Part shown: positions 46,141 through 54,794 of the stretch, one piece after another
How the letters are laid out: each line of letters opens with the position of its first letter
Position numbering within the stretch: the first letter of the stretch is position 1
DNA from: Candidatus Fermentibacteraceae bacterium
Lineage (GTDB): Bacteria; Fermentibacterota; Fermentibacteria; Fermentibacterales; JCC-6
Length of the DNA: 64,000 nt
Assembly: GCA_041750285.1 (NCBI GenBank)
Contig: JBGSZS010000008.1
Span: forward strand, 64,001-128,000
Direction of reading: 5' to 3'
Notes under the pieces: generated by a model
What the model saw: the letters and a program-made list of their open reading frames with translations, nothing else
Told to the model about the DNA's origin: nothing
The model's database searches: none
Program-made: the position numbers and the translations under genes

Positions 46141-46995
46141 ATGCTTGAGCTGGCAGCGATCCTGATCGCGGCGGAACCGACCATAGTCCTTCATGAATGG
46201 GGAGTGGTCTTCTACGAGGTTGGAACGGCCCGGGCAATGGGCGACCCTGGCGTTCTTTTCGATGTGGAGGAGGCGGTTGCATACGCACCGGTGATTAACC
46301 TGTACGGTCCCGATTTCACGGGGAGAATTTCGGTTGCCGCCCTCGGGACGATATTCGACATGTACCCCGAACCGGACGCGACCGGGGGTCCCATGATGAT
46401 GGCCGGGCTGGGTTCGTTCATCCGCTGGGAGGGGATCGAAGCTCAAGGCAGCGGGAGCGGTGAGACCTTTCAACCGGTTCCCGGGCTGATGTCGGCTCCC
46501 CTCTGGAGACCTGATGACGCCCTCACACTGACCCGCGCCGACGGCTTCCGCGACAGGTTCCTATACTACGAGGTGGACCTTTCCGGCACTGAATTCCCCC
46601 TCCCCCTGGCTGGCCTGTCATCCCGGGGCATCCCGCCGGCCGGGGAGGTCCTGCTGTTTCACCGAAGCGTCGTTGGTATTGCCGGCTACGAACTTCTGCC
46701 CCAGGGCGACCTTTCAATGGCCGGCGGTACTGCTCCATTTCTTTACTCCTGCAGCGGGGTGAAGGCTGTCCTGGAAAGATGGGCGGGAACAACTCTCTCG
46801 GAGAATGAACTTTCCGCAATGTGGGCCACATGGGAGCCATATGTTCTTTCGGGCGACTGGGACGGATCAAGCCTTGCGGTTTTCCGCCTGCCGGATCAGG
46901 CCGTGGATCTCGTGAGCACCGTGAACGTTGTCTCCGACCAGGGACATCCCGTGTCAGTGCAAAGGTTTTTCCTGGGAATGATGGCCGTTCCCTGA
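46141..46995 (+). CDS. Hypothetical protein
   Basis: GGAGG RBS; LHEWGV, APVINLY, FLYYE motifs. Confidence 0.7.
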   Translation: MLELAAILIAAEPTIVLHEWGVVFYEVGTARAMGDPGVLFDVEEAVAYAPVINLYGPDFTGRISVAALGTIFDMYPEPDATGGPMMMAGLGSFIRWEGIEAQGSGSGETFQPVPGLMSAPLWRPDDALTLTRADGFRDRFLYYEVDLSGTEFPLPLAGLSSRGIPPAGEVLLFHRSVVGIAGYELLPQGDLSMAGGTAPFLYSCSGVKAVLERWAGTTLSENELSAMWATWEPYVLSGDWDGSSLAVFRLPDQAVDLVSTVNVVSDQGHPVSVQRFFLGMMAVP

Positions 46996-47002
46996 AGCGG
47001 TT

Positions 47003-47503
47003 TCAGGCAAAATAGGCAGTGCAGTTTGATAGGACTGCTCCCCGGGACAGCAGTACGGTTCCCCCCGCGATCACTTCAGTTACCTCTTCGAAGGGGCCGA
47101 CCGAGGTCAGTGCAACCGTCGCCCGGTGACGGCAACTGCCCGGAGTCGACGTGAAACTGCTCATCTGCTGGCTTCCGATGAACCTGTCCCGCTCCGGAGG
47201 AACGATGCTGCCCACGCCGGCCCGTTCCCGGGAGACCGCCGATCCGCCGGCGGTGCACTGGTAGTCGACCACCAGTCCGTATTCATCCTCCCCCCCTCGG
47301 AAAGCCACATCGAACCGGATGAACAGCCTGTACTTCCTTCCAGGCCGGGCCGTAAAACCAAACCGCCATTCCGAATCGGCCTTCACTCCCACTGATGCAA
47401 CGGCCCTGCCCGGAAGGCGTCTGACGACAAGGAGGTACGAAAGAAGCAACATCACGGCAAGGCTGATCAGAACCGTGAACTCAGTATCGGTGCACAGCAG
47501 CAT
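47003..47503 (-). CDS. Hypothetical membrane-anchored protein
   Basis: N-terminal TM helix then a beta-rich domain. Confidence 0.55.
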   Translation of the reverse strand: MLLCTDTEFTVLISLAVMLLLSYLLVVRRLPGRAVASVGVKADSEWRFGFTARPGRKYRLFIRFDVAFRGGEDEYGLVVDYQCTAGGSAVSRERAGVGSIVPPERDRFIGSQQMSSFTSTPGSCRHRATVALTSVGPFEEVTEVIAGGTVLLSRGAVLSNCTAYFA

Positions 47504-47903
47504 CACGCACCACCTTTCCCGTTCCCTGTTCGGCAAGGAGTTCCCGGGCAGCCCTGCGGTAGATCCTGAAGCGCATGCCGCCCAAGTGTTTTCCACCGTA
47601 CCACCTGGCCACGATCACGATGCAGTCCACGGCATTCATTCCGTTCATCACTTCGAGGATGCACTTCCCCGCACCCGGCTCACCTCCGTCGTTCCTGAAC
47701 TCGGATCCGTCAGTCAGACGGCATGCCCAGCTCAGCTGACTCGCCTTCTCCATTCGAAACCTTTTCGTCGCGGTCTGAACCGCTTCCGAAAGGGCATCCT
47801 TCCCGTGAAACGGAATGCCACAGGCAAGGAAACGGCTTTGCTTCTCCAGGATCGGTCTGCCGCAAACGGCTGTCTCGAGGGTAATGGGTTTCTCAGGGTC
47901 CAT
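47481..47903 (-). CDS. YigZ/IMPACT-family protein (N-terminal domain only)
   Basis: EKQSRFLA, NDGGEPGAG, VARWYGGKHLGGMRFR. Confidence 0.85.
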   Translation of the reverse strand: MDPEKPITLETAVCGRPILEKQSRFLACGIPFHGKDALSEAVQTATKRFRMEKASQLSWACRLTDGSEFRNDGGEPGAGKCILEVMNGMNAVDCIVIVARWYGGKHLGGMRFRIYRRAARELLAEQGTGKVVRDAAVHRY

Positions 47904-50523
47904 GTTCTCCCACGGAGGTTTCCTCTATGAAGGTTCTGGCTTCCCTGCAATGCCCGGTGAGAGAAGGCAGATCAAGCTGTGCAGCCTGTTTCTCCGCATC
48001 CGAAAGCGTTTTCAGAGCCTCTTCGGCCTCACCGATCAAGGCCAGGGCCCTGGAGAGCTGGACAAGTGCGTAGACCCTTCTGTTGCCTCCGCCTTCACCG
48101 GCGCAGCTCAGGCTTTCCCGGGCAAGTTCGAGCGCTTCCCGCGGAGAACGGACCTCAGCGATCCGGGAGAGTTTTTCGAGCGTGAAGGATATCCCTCTGA
48201 GATCACCCATCTCCCTTCGAAGGGCAAGTGACAGAACGTGGTTCTTCTCCGCCCCGATGACATCTCCCTCGATTGTCAGGATGTCTGCGATGTTGGAGAG
48301 CACCGAGGCCCTCATGTAGGCATTGCCCGAGTTCCTGCTCAATGCAGATGCCTCCTCGAGAAGCTCTCTTGCCGCTGCGAGCTCGCCCCTGCGCTTCCTT
48401 ACGGACGCGATGTTGCAGAGAAGTGATGTCGCGGGCTGCTCAAGACCGCATACCCTTGAGAGCGACAGCGCCCTTGTCCAGAGGTCAAGGGCGTTCTCGA
48501 GCCGGTTCTGCAGGTGGGCGGCGTTGCCCAGCCCAGCCAGGCAAAGGACCTCGAGGCAGGGGTCGTCAATGCTCGAAGAGAGTTCCACAGCGGCCTCAAG
48601 AAGAGGTGTCGCAGCGATGTGATTCCCGGTGAGGAGATGAAAGGTTCCCATCCTCTCCCTCAATTCCGCCCGGATTTTGGTCACAAAACGCCCTTCGCAC
48701 GCTTTGACCGCAACAGCCTCTTCAAAGATCGCGCTCAGGTGGCCGAAGAACTCTATGGCTTCCCCGAACCGCGATCTCAACTGGAAAAGAACCGAGACGG
48801 TCTTTGCATAAGATTCCATTGCGCGGGGTTCAAGATCCCTGAACACGCGTTCCGCGCCCCTGAGAAGATTGGGCAGTTCGAAGGCTATCCTGTTCAGAGC
48901 CTCGGCCTGTCCGCCGCTGTGCACTTCTCTGTAACACTCGTCAAGATACTTCGCATAGTACAGATAGTGGGCTTTCTCCAGGCTTTCCTTACGTTCGGGG
49001 CTCATCGAGAGCCTTTCAGCGGCAAACAGCCTTGTCAGGGGATGCAGCATGCAGCCACCGCCGGGTCTGACTTTCAGGATGGAATTGTCGGAAAGGCTCT
49101 GCAAAGTGGCGATCCGGCACGAGGCAACCTCTGCGGCAGCCTGCGTGCTGAAGCCGCCCTCAAAAACAGAAACCCCTTCAAGTGCCCTTCTCTCACACTC
49201 GGACAGCAAATCCCACGAGTACCCAAAGACTGCCTGAAGGCTTCTCTGTCTTTCCGGGAGATCGGAGGAACGGCTCTCCAGAAGACCTATATCCCTTCGG
49301 ATCTCTTCAAGGAGTTCGGAGCACGGAATGATACGGATCAAGGGTGCGGCAAGTTCTATGGCCAGGGGCAGACCGCAGAGCAGACCACAGATGTCCCGAA
49401 TGGCCTCCCTGTCTTCCGGTCCCGGTGAAAAAGACGGCTGCGCCCTTCTTGCGTTCTCAAGGAAGAGGTTCGTTGAATCGAATCTCTCCAGTTCATCACC
49501 CGGTTTTTGCGGAAGTGACATGCCGGACAGGTCGAAAATGCTTTCCCCCCTCACACCAAGACAGCGGCGTGAAGTGGCCAGGACCCTTATTCGAGGGCAC
49601 TCCGAAAGCATTCGGGAGACCAGCCGGGAATGGGCGACAAGGTGCTCGAAATTGTCGAGCACGATCAGGGCGTTCAAATGACCCAACGCCGAGAAAAGGC
49701 GGGCCTCCTCATCCCCGCTGCCCGAAAAGGAGACGGAAACTTCCTGTGCAATCGCCGCAACCATTCCCGCCGCAGTCGATACGGATTCAAGCGGCACGAA
49801 CCAGACTCCGTCCTGGAACGACGCAACGTTCTCCGCGGCAACCTGTACCGCCAAACGGGTTTTCCCCGAACCTCCATGACCGAGTATGGTGATAAGCCTT
49901 CTGTCGTGTTCGGAAAGCAGGGCTGTTATCTCCCCCATCTCCCGATGGCGTCCGAGGAAGGGTGTGGGCTGAACGGGCAGGTTGTGATGATGCGAGGATA
50001 CGGTCTGAAGAGGCGGGAAGTTCCCTGGCAGCTCCGGGTGCTCAAGAATGAAGATGTGCTCGGGTTCCAGAAGATCCTTGAGCATGTGCAAGCCGGCATC
50101 CTTCAGCAGCGCTCCCCCCGGAATGCTTTCAGTGACCGCCGCAGAAGCGCTTGTTACTGTCTGGCCTCCCCATGCCGCCGACATGAGCCGCATTGTCCTG
50201 TTGACAGGATCACCGAAGTAGTCACCACAGCTCTCAATGGCATCTCCGGAATGAACGCCGATTCTCACCTCCAGGCCGTCAACGTCTGTCCAGTCCTGTT
50301 TCTGAAGGGCAAGCTGAATTCCCAGAGCGCATTCAAGGGCGGTTCCGCCAGTGAAAACCAGCATGAAACCATCGCCGGTATGCTTCACCACCCTGCCGCC
50401 ATGAAGCTCAACCTCCCGGCGCACCAGGATGTCATGCCTGGCAAGTGCCTCGCTCATCGCTTCAGGATGGAGCTGCCACTTCCGGGTCGATCCCTGAATG
50501 TCCGTGAACATGAATGAGGGCAT
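47893..50523 (-). CDS. Class III nucleotide cyclase + STAND ATPase + TPR protein
   Basis: FTDIQGST, KHTGDGF, GDPVNRTMRL; GHGGSGKT, LDNFEH, GLPLAIELAA; TPRs. Confidence 0.9.
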   Translation of the reverse strand: MPSFMFTDIQGSTRKWQLHPEAMSEALARHDILVRREVELHGGRVVKHTGDGFMLVFTGGTALECALGIQLALQKQDWTDVDGLEVRIGVHSGDAIESCGDYFGDPVNRTMRLMSAAWGGQTVTSASAAVTESIPGGALLKDAGLHMLKDLLEPEHIFILEHPELPGNFPPLQTVSSHHHNLPVQPTPFLGRHREMGEITALLSEHDRRLITILGHGGSGKTRLAVQVAAENVASFQDGVWFVPLESVSTAAGMVAAIAQEVSVSFSGSGDEEARLFSALGHLNALIVLDNFEHLVAHSRLVSRMLSECPRIRVLATSRRCLGVRGESIFDLSGMSLPQKPGDELERFDSTNLFLENARRAQPSFSPGPEDREAIRDICGLLCGLPLAIELAAPLIRIIPCSELLEEIRRDIGLLESRSSDLPERQRSLQAVFGYSWDLLSECERRALEGVSVFEGGFSTQAAAEVASCRIATLQSLSDNSILKVRPGGGCMLHPLTRLFAAERLSMSPERKESLEKAHYLYYAKYLDECYREVHSGGQAEALNRIAFELPNLLRGAERVFRDLEPRAMESYAKTVSVLFQLRSRFGEAIEFFGHLSAIFEEAVAVKACEGRFVTKIRAELRERMGTFHLLTGNHIAATPLLEAAVELSSSIDDPCLEVLCLAGLGNAAHLQNRLENALDLWTRALSLSRVCGLEQPATSLLCNIASVRKRRGELAAARELLEEASALSRNSGNAYMRASVLSNIADILTIEGDVIGAEKNHVLSLALRREMGDLRGISFTLEKLSRIAEVRSPREALELARESLSCAGEGGGNRRVYALVQLSRALALIGEAEEALKTLSDAEKQAAQLDLPSLTGHCREARTFIEETSVGEHGP

Positions 50524-50592
50524 CGAGCCTCCCGCGCGTAATGGAAACATGGGAAACACGACCCTGGAAAACCAGAACGCGTGACCCTTTCC

Positions 50593-50892
50593 CTACACCA
50601 GCATGATGAGGGTTATGGCAAGTACAGGCAGGTAAAGCACAAGGGCGGCTCCCACGGGCACAAGGAGGGTGCGCAAAGGGCGAGTCCGGCGGAGAATGAG
50701 AGCCCCGTTGGAGGCCAGAGCCCCGACAAGACCGGCAGCAAGCAGGACCCTGAAGGCGGCAGACAATTCTGGAACCGGTTGTGCGCCGGGTTCGGACGCC
50801 ACCCTCCAGTGCAGAAGAAAGGCGCTCACAGAAAGAAGAACGGCGAACACCGAGAGCCCTGATACTGCAGGAAGTATGCCCTTCCCTCTCAC
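50593..50892 (-). CDS. Small membrane protein
   Basis: Three hydrophobic segments; GTG 50892. Confidence 0.55.
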   Translation of the reverse strand: MRGKGILPAVSGLSVFAVLLSVSAFLLHWRVASEPGAQPVPELSAAFRVLLAAGLVGALASNGALILRRTRPLRTLLVPVGAALVLYLPVLAITLIMLV

Positions 50893-50902
50893 GCTTCCAG
50901 CT

Positions 50903-51154
50903 TCACCTGGCTTCCAGGATGGAGTCGACGGCTTCGACATGGGCGTTGGCCGAAGCTGCCGCATCCCTGGCATCGTGGATCACTCCGGTCGGCACCGGAG
51001 GCGTGGCTATGTCGTTTATGGCTTCCACGGCTCCGATCATCCCGGTTCCCTGACCGGCGGTCCGCCCTTCAGGGTTGTCCGGTTCACCGCATGAAGCCTG
51101 CATCAGCAGCACAAGCGCTGCGACAGCGAGGCCGGCCTTGATCCCTGCCTTCAC
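50903..51154 (-). CDS. Small lipoprotein
   Basis: Signal peptide ending QASC; GTGA overlap with the upstream stop. Confidence 0.55.
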   Translation of the reverse strand: MKAGIKAGLAVAALVLLMQASCGEPDNPEGRTAGQGTGMIGAVEAINDIATPPVPTGVIHDARDAAASANAHVEAVDSILEAR

Positions 51155-51843
51155 CTGAACACCGCCTTTATGGCTCCAAACGTCATTGTTTCCAGCCCTT
51201 GTGGGGTCAGGACAACCTGGAAGTCGTCGGCAAGGATGGAGGGCATCCCGCCCTCGAAAAGCATGGCGAAGCCGCTAAGGCCTGAACCAAGCAGGTAGGT
51301 CTGGTCGAGTACCTGGGCTGCCTGCTGGCCGTTAATGTGGAGGGTGAGTGTTACCGGATCGGTGTTCTCAGCCGTCAGTCCAACACTTACCCAGGTTCCG
51401 GGTGTGATCGTGGGACCAAAATCGCTGTAGAGCAGCTCGTAGTCACCGGCAACGTTCACATAGCCGATGTAGGCGTATGTGAAGGGCTGGAGGAAGACTA
51501 TCACTCCGCCCACGTAGGCTTCCCCGGTGGTGATCTGCATTCTGGCGAGAACGTTCACGAGACTCCCGGTGCCGTCGGGGCTGAAGTCCATTGAAACCGA
51601 CCCGTCCGCCCAGAAACCTGCCGCGCTGCAAAGATACCCCAGATACGTTGAATCGGGAAAGAAAGCCTCGATCACCTGATTCTCACCCTGGGTTGTCACC
51701 AGGGCGTAGCCTCCGTTCTCCTCCCTGATCCAGTTACCTGATGATTCCGGGCCCTGCCCCGGCTGGTACGACTGGAAGTCATCGAAGAAATCCCCCTGCA
51801 CGAGACCCGAAAATGCCGCAAGCAGCAAAAGTGCTTTTTTCAT
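51151..51843 (-). CDS. Secreted beta-sandwich (lectin-like) protein with C-terminal TFGAIKAVFR tail
   Basis: Signal peptide MKKALL; FFDDF...DDFQV; terminal motif. Confidence 0.75.
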   Translation of the reverse strand: MKKALLLLAAFSGLVQGDFFDDFQSYQPGQGPESSGNWIREENGGYALVTTQGENQVIEAFFPDSTYLGYLCSAAGFWADGSVSMDFSPDGTGSLVNVLARMQITTGEAYVGGVIVFLQPFTYAYIGYVNVAGDYELLYSDFGPTITPGTWVSVGLTAENTDPVTLTLHINGQQAAQVLDQTYLLGSGLSGFAMLFEGGMPSILADDFQVVLTPQGLETMTFGAIKAVFR

Positions 51844-52096
51844 ACCCCACCCTTCTCCGGTGCATCCCGTGTTCATCGTAATATAGGGCGAAGCCGGAAG
51901 GCATGCGTTGACTCATGGAGCTGTTCCGGAAGAAGGGGCGGGTCTGGATATGGATCCTGGACCGGGAACAATCTGGACAGGTTGCATGTAAGAACAGATA
52001 ATAGCAAGGGAGCGGAAAGCTGCGCCGGGGCTCCGGCAGAAAGCCGGCGTCATGCAGGTGAAGCTTGGCTCCCTGGAAAAGGATCAGGAGGGGAAG

Positions 52097-52699
52097 ATGA
52101 AAGGCATAACTCTGGCAGTGATGATGACGGTTCTGACCGCTGCTGTGGCCTTCGCTGAAACCTACAGTCAAATGCCCGATGCGGACACCTGGATCTGGCC
52201 GGGCCAGGGCCCGTTCGGGTCGAGTCAGCAGCTCCGGACCAACAACATCAGTTCCTTCGATCAGAGGATAGTCATCGGATTCGACCTGTCTTCAATACCG
52301 CAGGAAGCCATTGTCAACACTGCATACCTGAACGTCTACAGGTACGACGGCAGCGCGGGAAGTGCCCTGGATTGCGAGATCTACCGGGTGACTGAAACGT
52401 GGGACGAAAACACCCTGGTGAATACCATCGCGTACGAAAGCACTGGCTCGTACGACCAGATCCTCGTGACAGAGAACGGATGGTACGCTTTCGACGTGAC
52501 AAGCCTTGTCCAGGAATGGATTCAGGGGCTCTACCCGAACTACGGCGCGGTCTTCTTCGGAACGGGCGGCGCAGGGCTGTACCAGTACTTCCGTTCGCGG
52601 GAAGCCGCCTCGGACAACCCGTACCTGGTCGTTGAGTATGAACTTCCCGGCTCCTTCGAGGAATGCACATTCGGAGCGATAAAGGCGTTGTACCGATAG
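52097..52699 (+). CDS. Secreted DNRLRE-domain protein with C-terminal TFGAIKALYR tail
   Basis: ADTWI, FDLSSIP, WDENT, FDVTSLVQEW, NYG, FRSRE...PYLVVEY. Confidence 0.8.
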   Translation: MKGITLAVMMTVLTAAVAFAETYSQMPDADTWIWPGQGPFGSSQQLRTNNISSFDQRIVIGFDLSSIPQEAIVNTAYLNVYRYDGSAGSALDCEIYRVTETWDENTLVNTIAYESTGSYDQILVTENGWYAFDVTSLVQEWIQGLYPNYGAVFFGTGGAGLYQYFRSREAASDNPYLVVEYELPGSFEECTFGAIKALYR

Positions 52700-52903
52700 G
52701 ATCCTGACCAAGACCAGTCAACGCAGCGGGTGGTCTCACCCTGAGTTGATCGCCATGGGAGATGTCTTTTCCTTTCTCATTGATCGTGTTCGCATTGACC
52801 GGGCCTGCCCGGGCGGATTAGTGTAGTCTGAACAAGACGGCACATGGCTGGAACTGCGAAGTTTCGGGGGTTTTTTTGTGCTCCTGCAGAAGGGAGGCCC
52901 GGC

Positions 52904-54028
52904 ATGAGGTACAGGAAGCTTGGCAGAACGGGTGAAAGCGTTTCCACACTGGCCTTCGGGGCAATGCGGCTGCCACACGAGCCGGGTGACCCTGAAAGCA
53001 TACTTCACGCGGAGGCACAGGATCTGGTCTACCGGGCTCTGGCGCTGGGAGTGAACCTGCTGGACACTGCCTGGAACTACCACAGGGAGAAAAGCGAGGT
53101 TTTTCTAGGCGACATCCTCTCTCCCGGTGAGAGGGGGAAGATCCTTCTCTCAACGAAGCTGCCGTGCTGGCTGGTGGAGAAACCCGATGATGCAGGGAGA
53201 TTCCTGGACAAACAGATGGAGAGGCTCAGAACCGACTGGCTCGACATCTATCTCCTTCACGGGCTCAACCGGAGAACCTGGGAGAAGATGAAGGCTGCCG
53301 GAATTCCGGAGTGGGGCGCCCGCATGAGGGAAGAAGGGCGGATCCGCTTCTTCGGTTTCAGCTTTCACGACAGCTACGAAACTTACAAGGACGTACTCGC
53401 CCACATGAACTGGGACCTTTGCCTTTTGATGCTGAACTATGTCGACACCGAGTACCAGGCGGGTCTGAAGGGAGTCCTTGATGCCGCTGCCAGAGGCATG
53501 GGTGTGATGATAATGGAGCCCCTTCGAGGGGGTTCTCTGGCGGGCAACCTTCCCGCAGATGTCTCGGCTTGTTTCCGTGGAACACAGCATACACCTGCGG
53601 CCCTTGGTCTTCGCTGGGTATGGAACCTTCCCGGCGTATCAACGGTTCTCAGCGGTATGACGACTGTGGGTCAGCTCGAAGAGAATGCCGCACTGGCGGA
53701 TCAATCGCCTGCGGGTTGTCTGGACACCGGTGAGCTCGAAGCCTACAAAAAGGCCAGGGAAGTGTTTCTTGCAAGGGCCGAGATCCCCTGCACGCAGTGT
53801 GAATACTGCATGCCCTGCCCACAGGGAGTGGCCATCCCATGGTGCTTCAACTACTACAATTACTACACCATGCACGCTGACCTCGAACAGGCGAGAACCC
53901 TCTACGGCTTCATAGGTGAAAGGTTCGGCGCCCACAGGTGCAACAGGTGCGGTGCATGCCTCGAGCGGTGCCCAAGGGGTCTTTCGATCCCCGATCTTCT
54001 CGAGAAGGTCCACTCCACACTGGGATGA
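52904..54028 (+). CDS. Aldo/keto reductase with C-terminal 4Fe-4S domain
   Basis: FGAMRLP, DTAWNYH, GFSFHD, MEPLRGG, CTQCEYCMPCP, CNRCGACLERCP. Confidence 0.92.
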   Translation: MRYRKLGRTGESVSTLAFGAMRLPHEPGDPESILHAEAQDLVYRALALGVNLLDTAWNYHREKSEVFLGDILSPGERGKILLSTKLPCWLVEKPDDAGRFLDKQMERLRTDWLDIYLLHGLNRRTWEKMKAAGIPEWGARMREEGRIRFFGFSFHDSYETYKDVLAHMNWDLCLLMLNYVDTEYQAGLKGVLDAAARGMGVMIMEPLRGGSLAGNLPADVSACFRGTQHTPAALGLRWVWNLPGVSTVLSGMTTVGQLEENAALADQSPAGCLDTGELEAYKKAREVFLARAEIPCTQCEYCMPCPQGVAIPWCFNYYNYYTMHADLEQARTLYGFIGERFGAHRCNRCGACLERCPRGLSIPDLLEKVHSTLG

Positions 54029-54042
54029 TCCCATGAACCAAA

Positions 54043-54069
54043 GCGGCCCCGGCGGGTTGCCGGAGCCGC
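54043..54069. terminator. Hairpin between convergent genes
   Basis: GCGGC-CCCGGC...GCCGGA-GCCGC. Confidence 0.55.
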
Positions 54070-54087
54070 ACTTGTGACGGTCTGTCC

Positions 54088-54687
54088 CTACGGGGTGTAA
54101 AGATTGTTTATGAGAAGCTCGGCGAGCTTGATGCTGGTTTCGGTTCTGTCCAGACCAGGAAAGACCGCTGGTTCCCAGGTTATGTGAAAGCATACGTTCC
54201 CGCGAAGGCCGACGAACCGCACCGGCAGGCGGTCGGCCGAGGGGACGTCGCCTATGGAGGCGGCATCCCAGAGGGCTCCGGGAACCTCAACGGGGTTGGT
54301 GAGGAAGCTGACGGCGAAGTCGTAACCACTGCGGCCGCCTGCCACGTCAACCTCGAACCTGACCTTGCTGTACGGAATGCTGCCTATGTTGTAGCTGCCC
54401 ACAGGCTTGCCAGACGCGGCGCTGCTTGCGGCCTCGGGGAACGAAGCAAAGCCCGCGGTTCCCATGATGGCTTCAACCTCGGCGGGAGCAATGGCATCGT
54501 TCATTGCCCAGCCGTCGGGAAGAACTATCGTATCTCCGGGCTGACCCGGCTGAATCCCGGTTTCGGTCTCGACATCCGCTTCCGTTTCCGTGGCGGTTTC
54601 GGCGGCGGTGTCCGGTGCGGGTTGTTCCCCGCATCCCGCAAGGGCGAAAAGCATCAATGCTGCAAGAAGAAGGATCGTCTCTTTCAT
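54088..54687 (-). CDS. Hypothetical lipoprotein
   Basis: Lipobox LAGC; T/E-rich linker. Confidence 0.75.
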   Translation of the reverse strand: MKETILLLAALMLFALAGCGEQPAPDTAAETATETEADVETETGIQPGQPGDTIVLPDGWAMNDAIAPAEVEAIMGTAGFASFPEAASSAASGKPVGSYNIGSIPYSKVRFEVDVAGGRSGYDFAVSFLTNPVEVPGALWDAASIGDVPSADRLPVRFVGLRGNVCFHITWEPAVFPGLDRTETSIKLAELLINNLYTP

Positions 54688-54794
54688 CGCCTCACCTTTC
54701 CTGAATCAACCTGTTTGTTATCATTACCGGACGGCAGGGTCAGTCATCCACCCGGTAAATTCAATCATAGCTGTTTTTATGTGTTCCGGCACTG

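Noticed and set aside
52700..52900. Possible structured RNA upstream of the aldo/keto reductase (ends in GGGGG-T7)
   Set aside because: No convincing stem before the T-run and no known motif recognised
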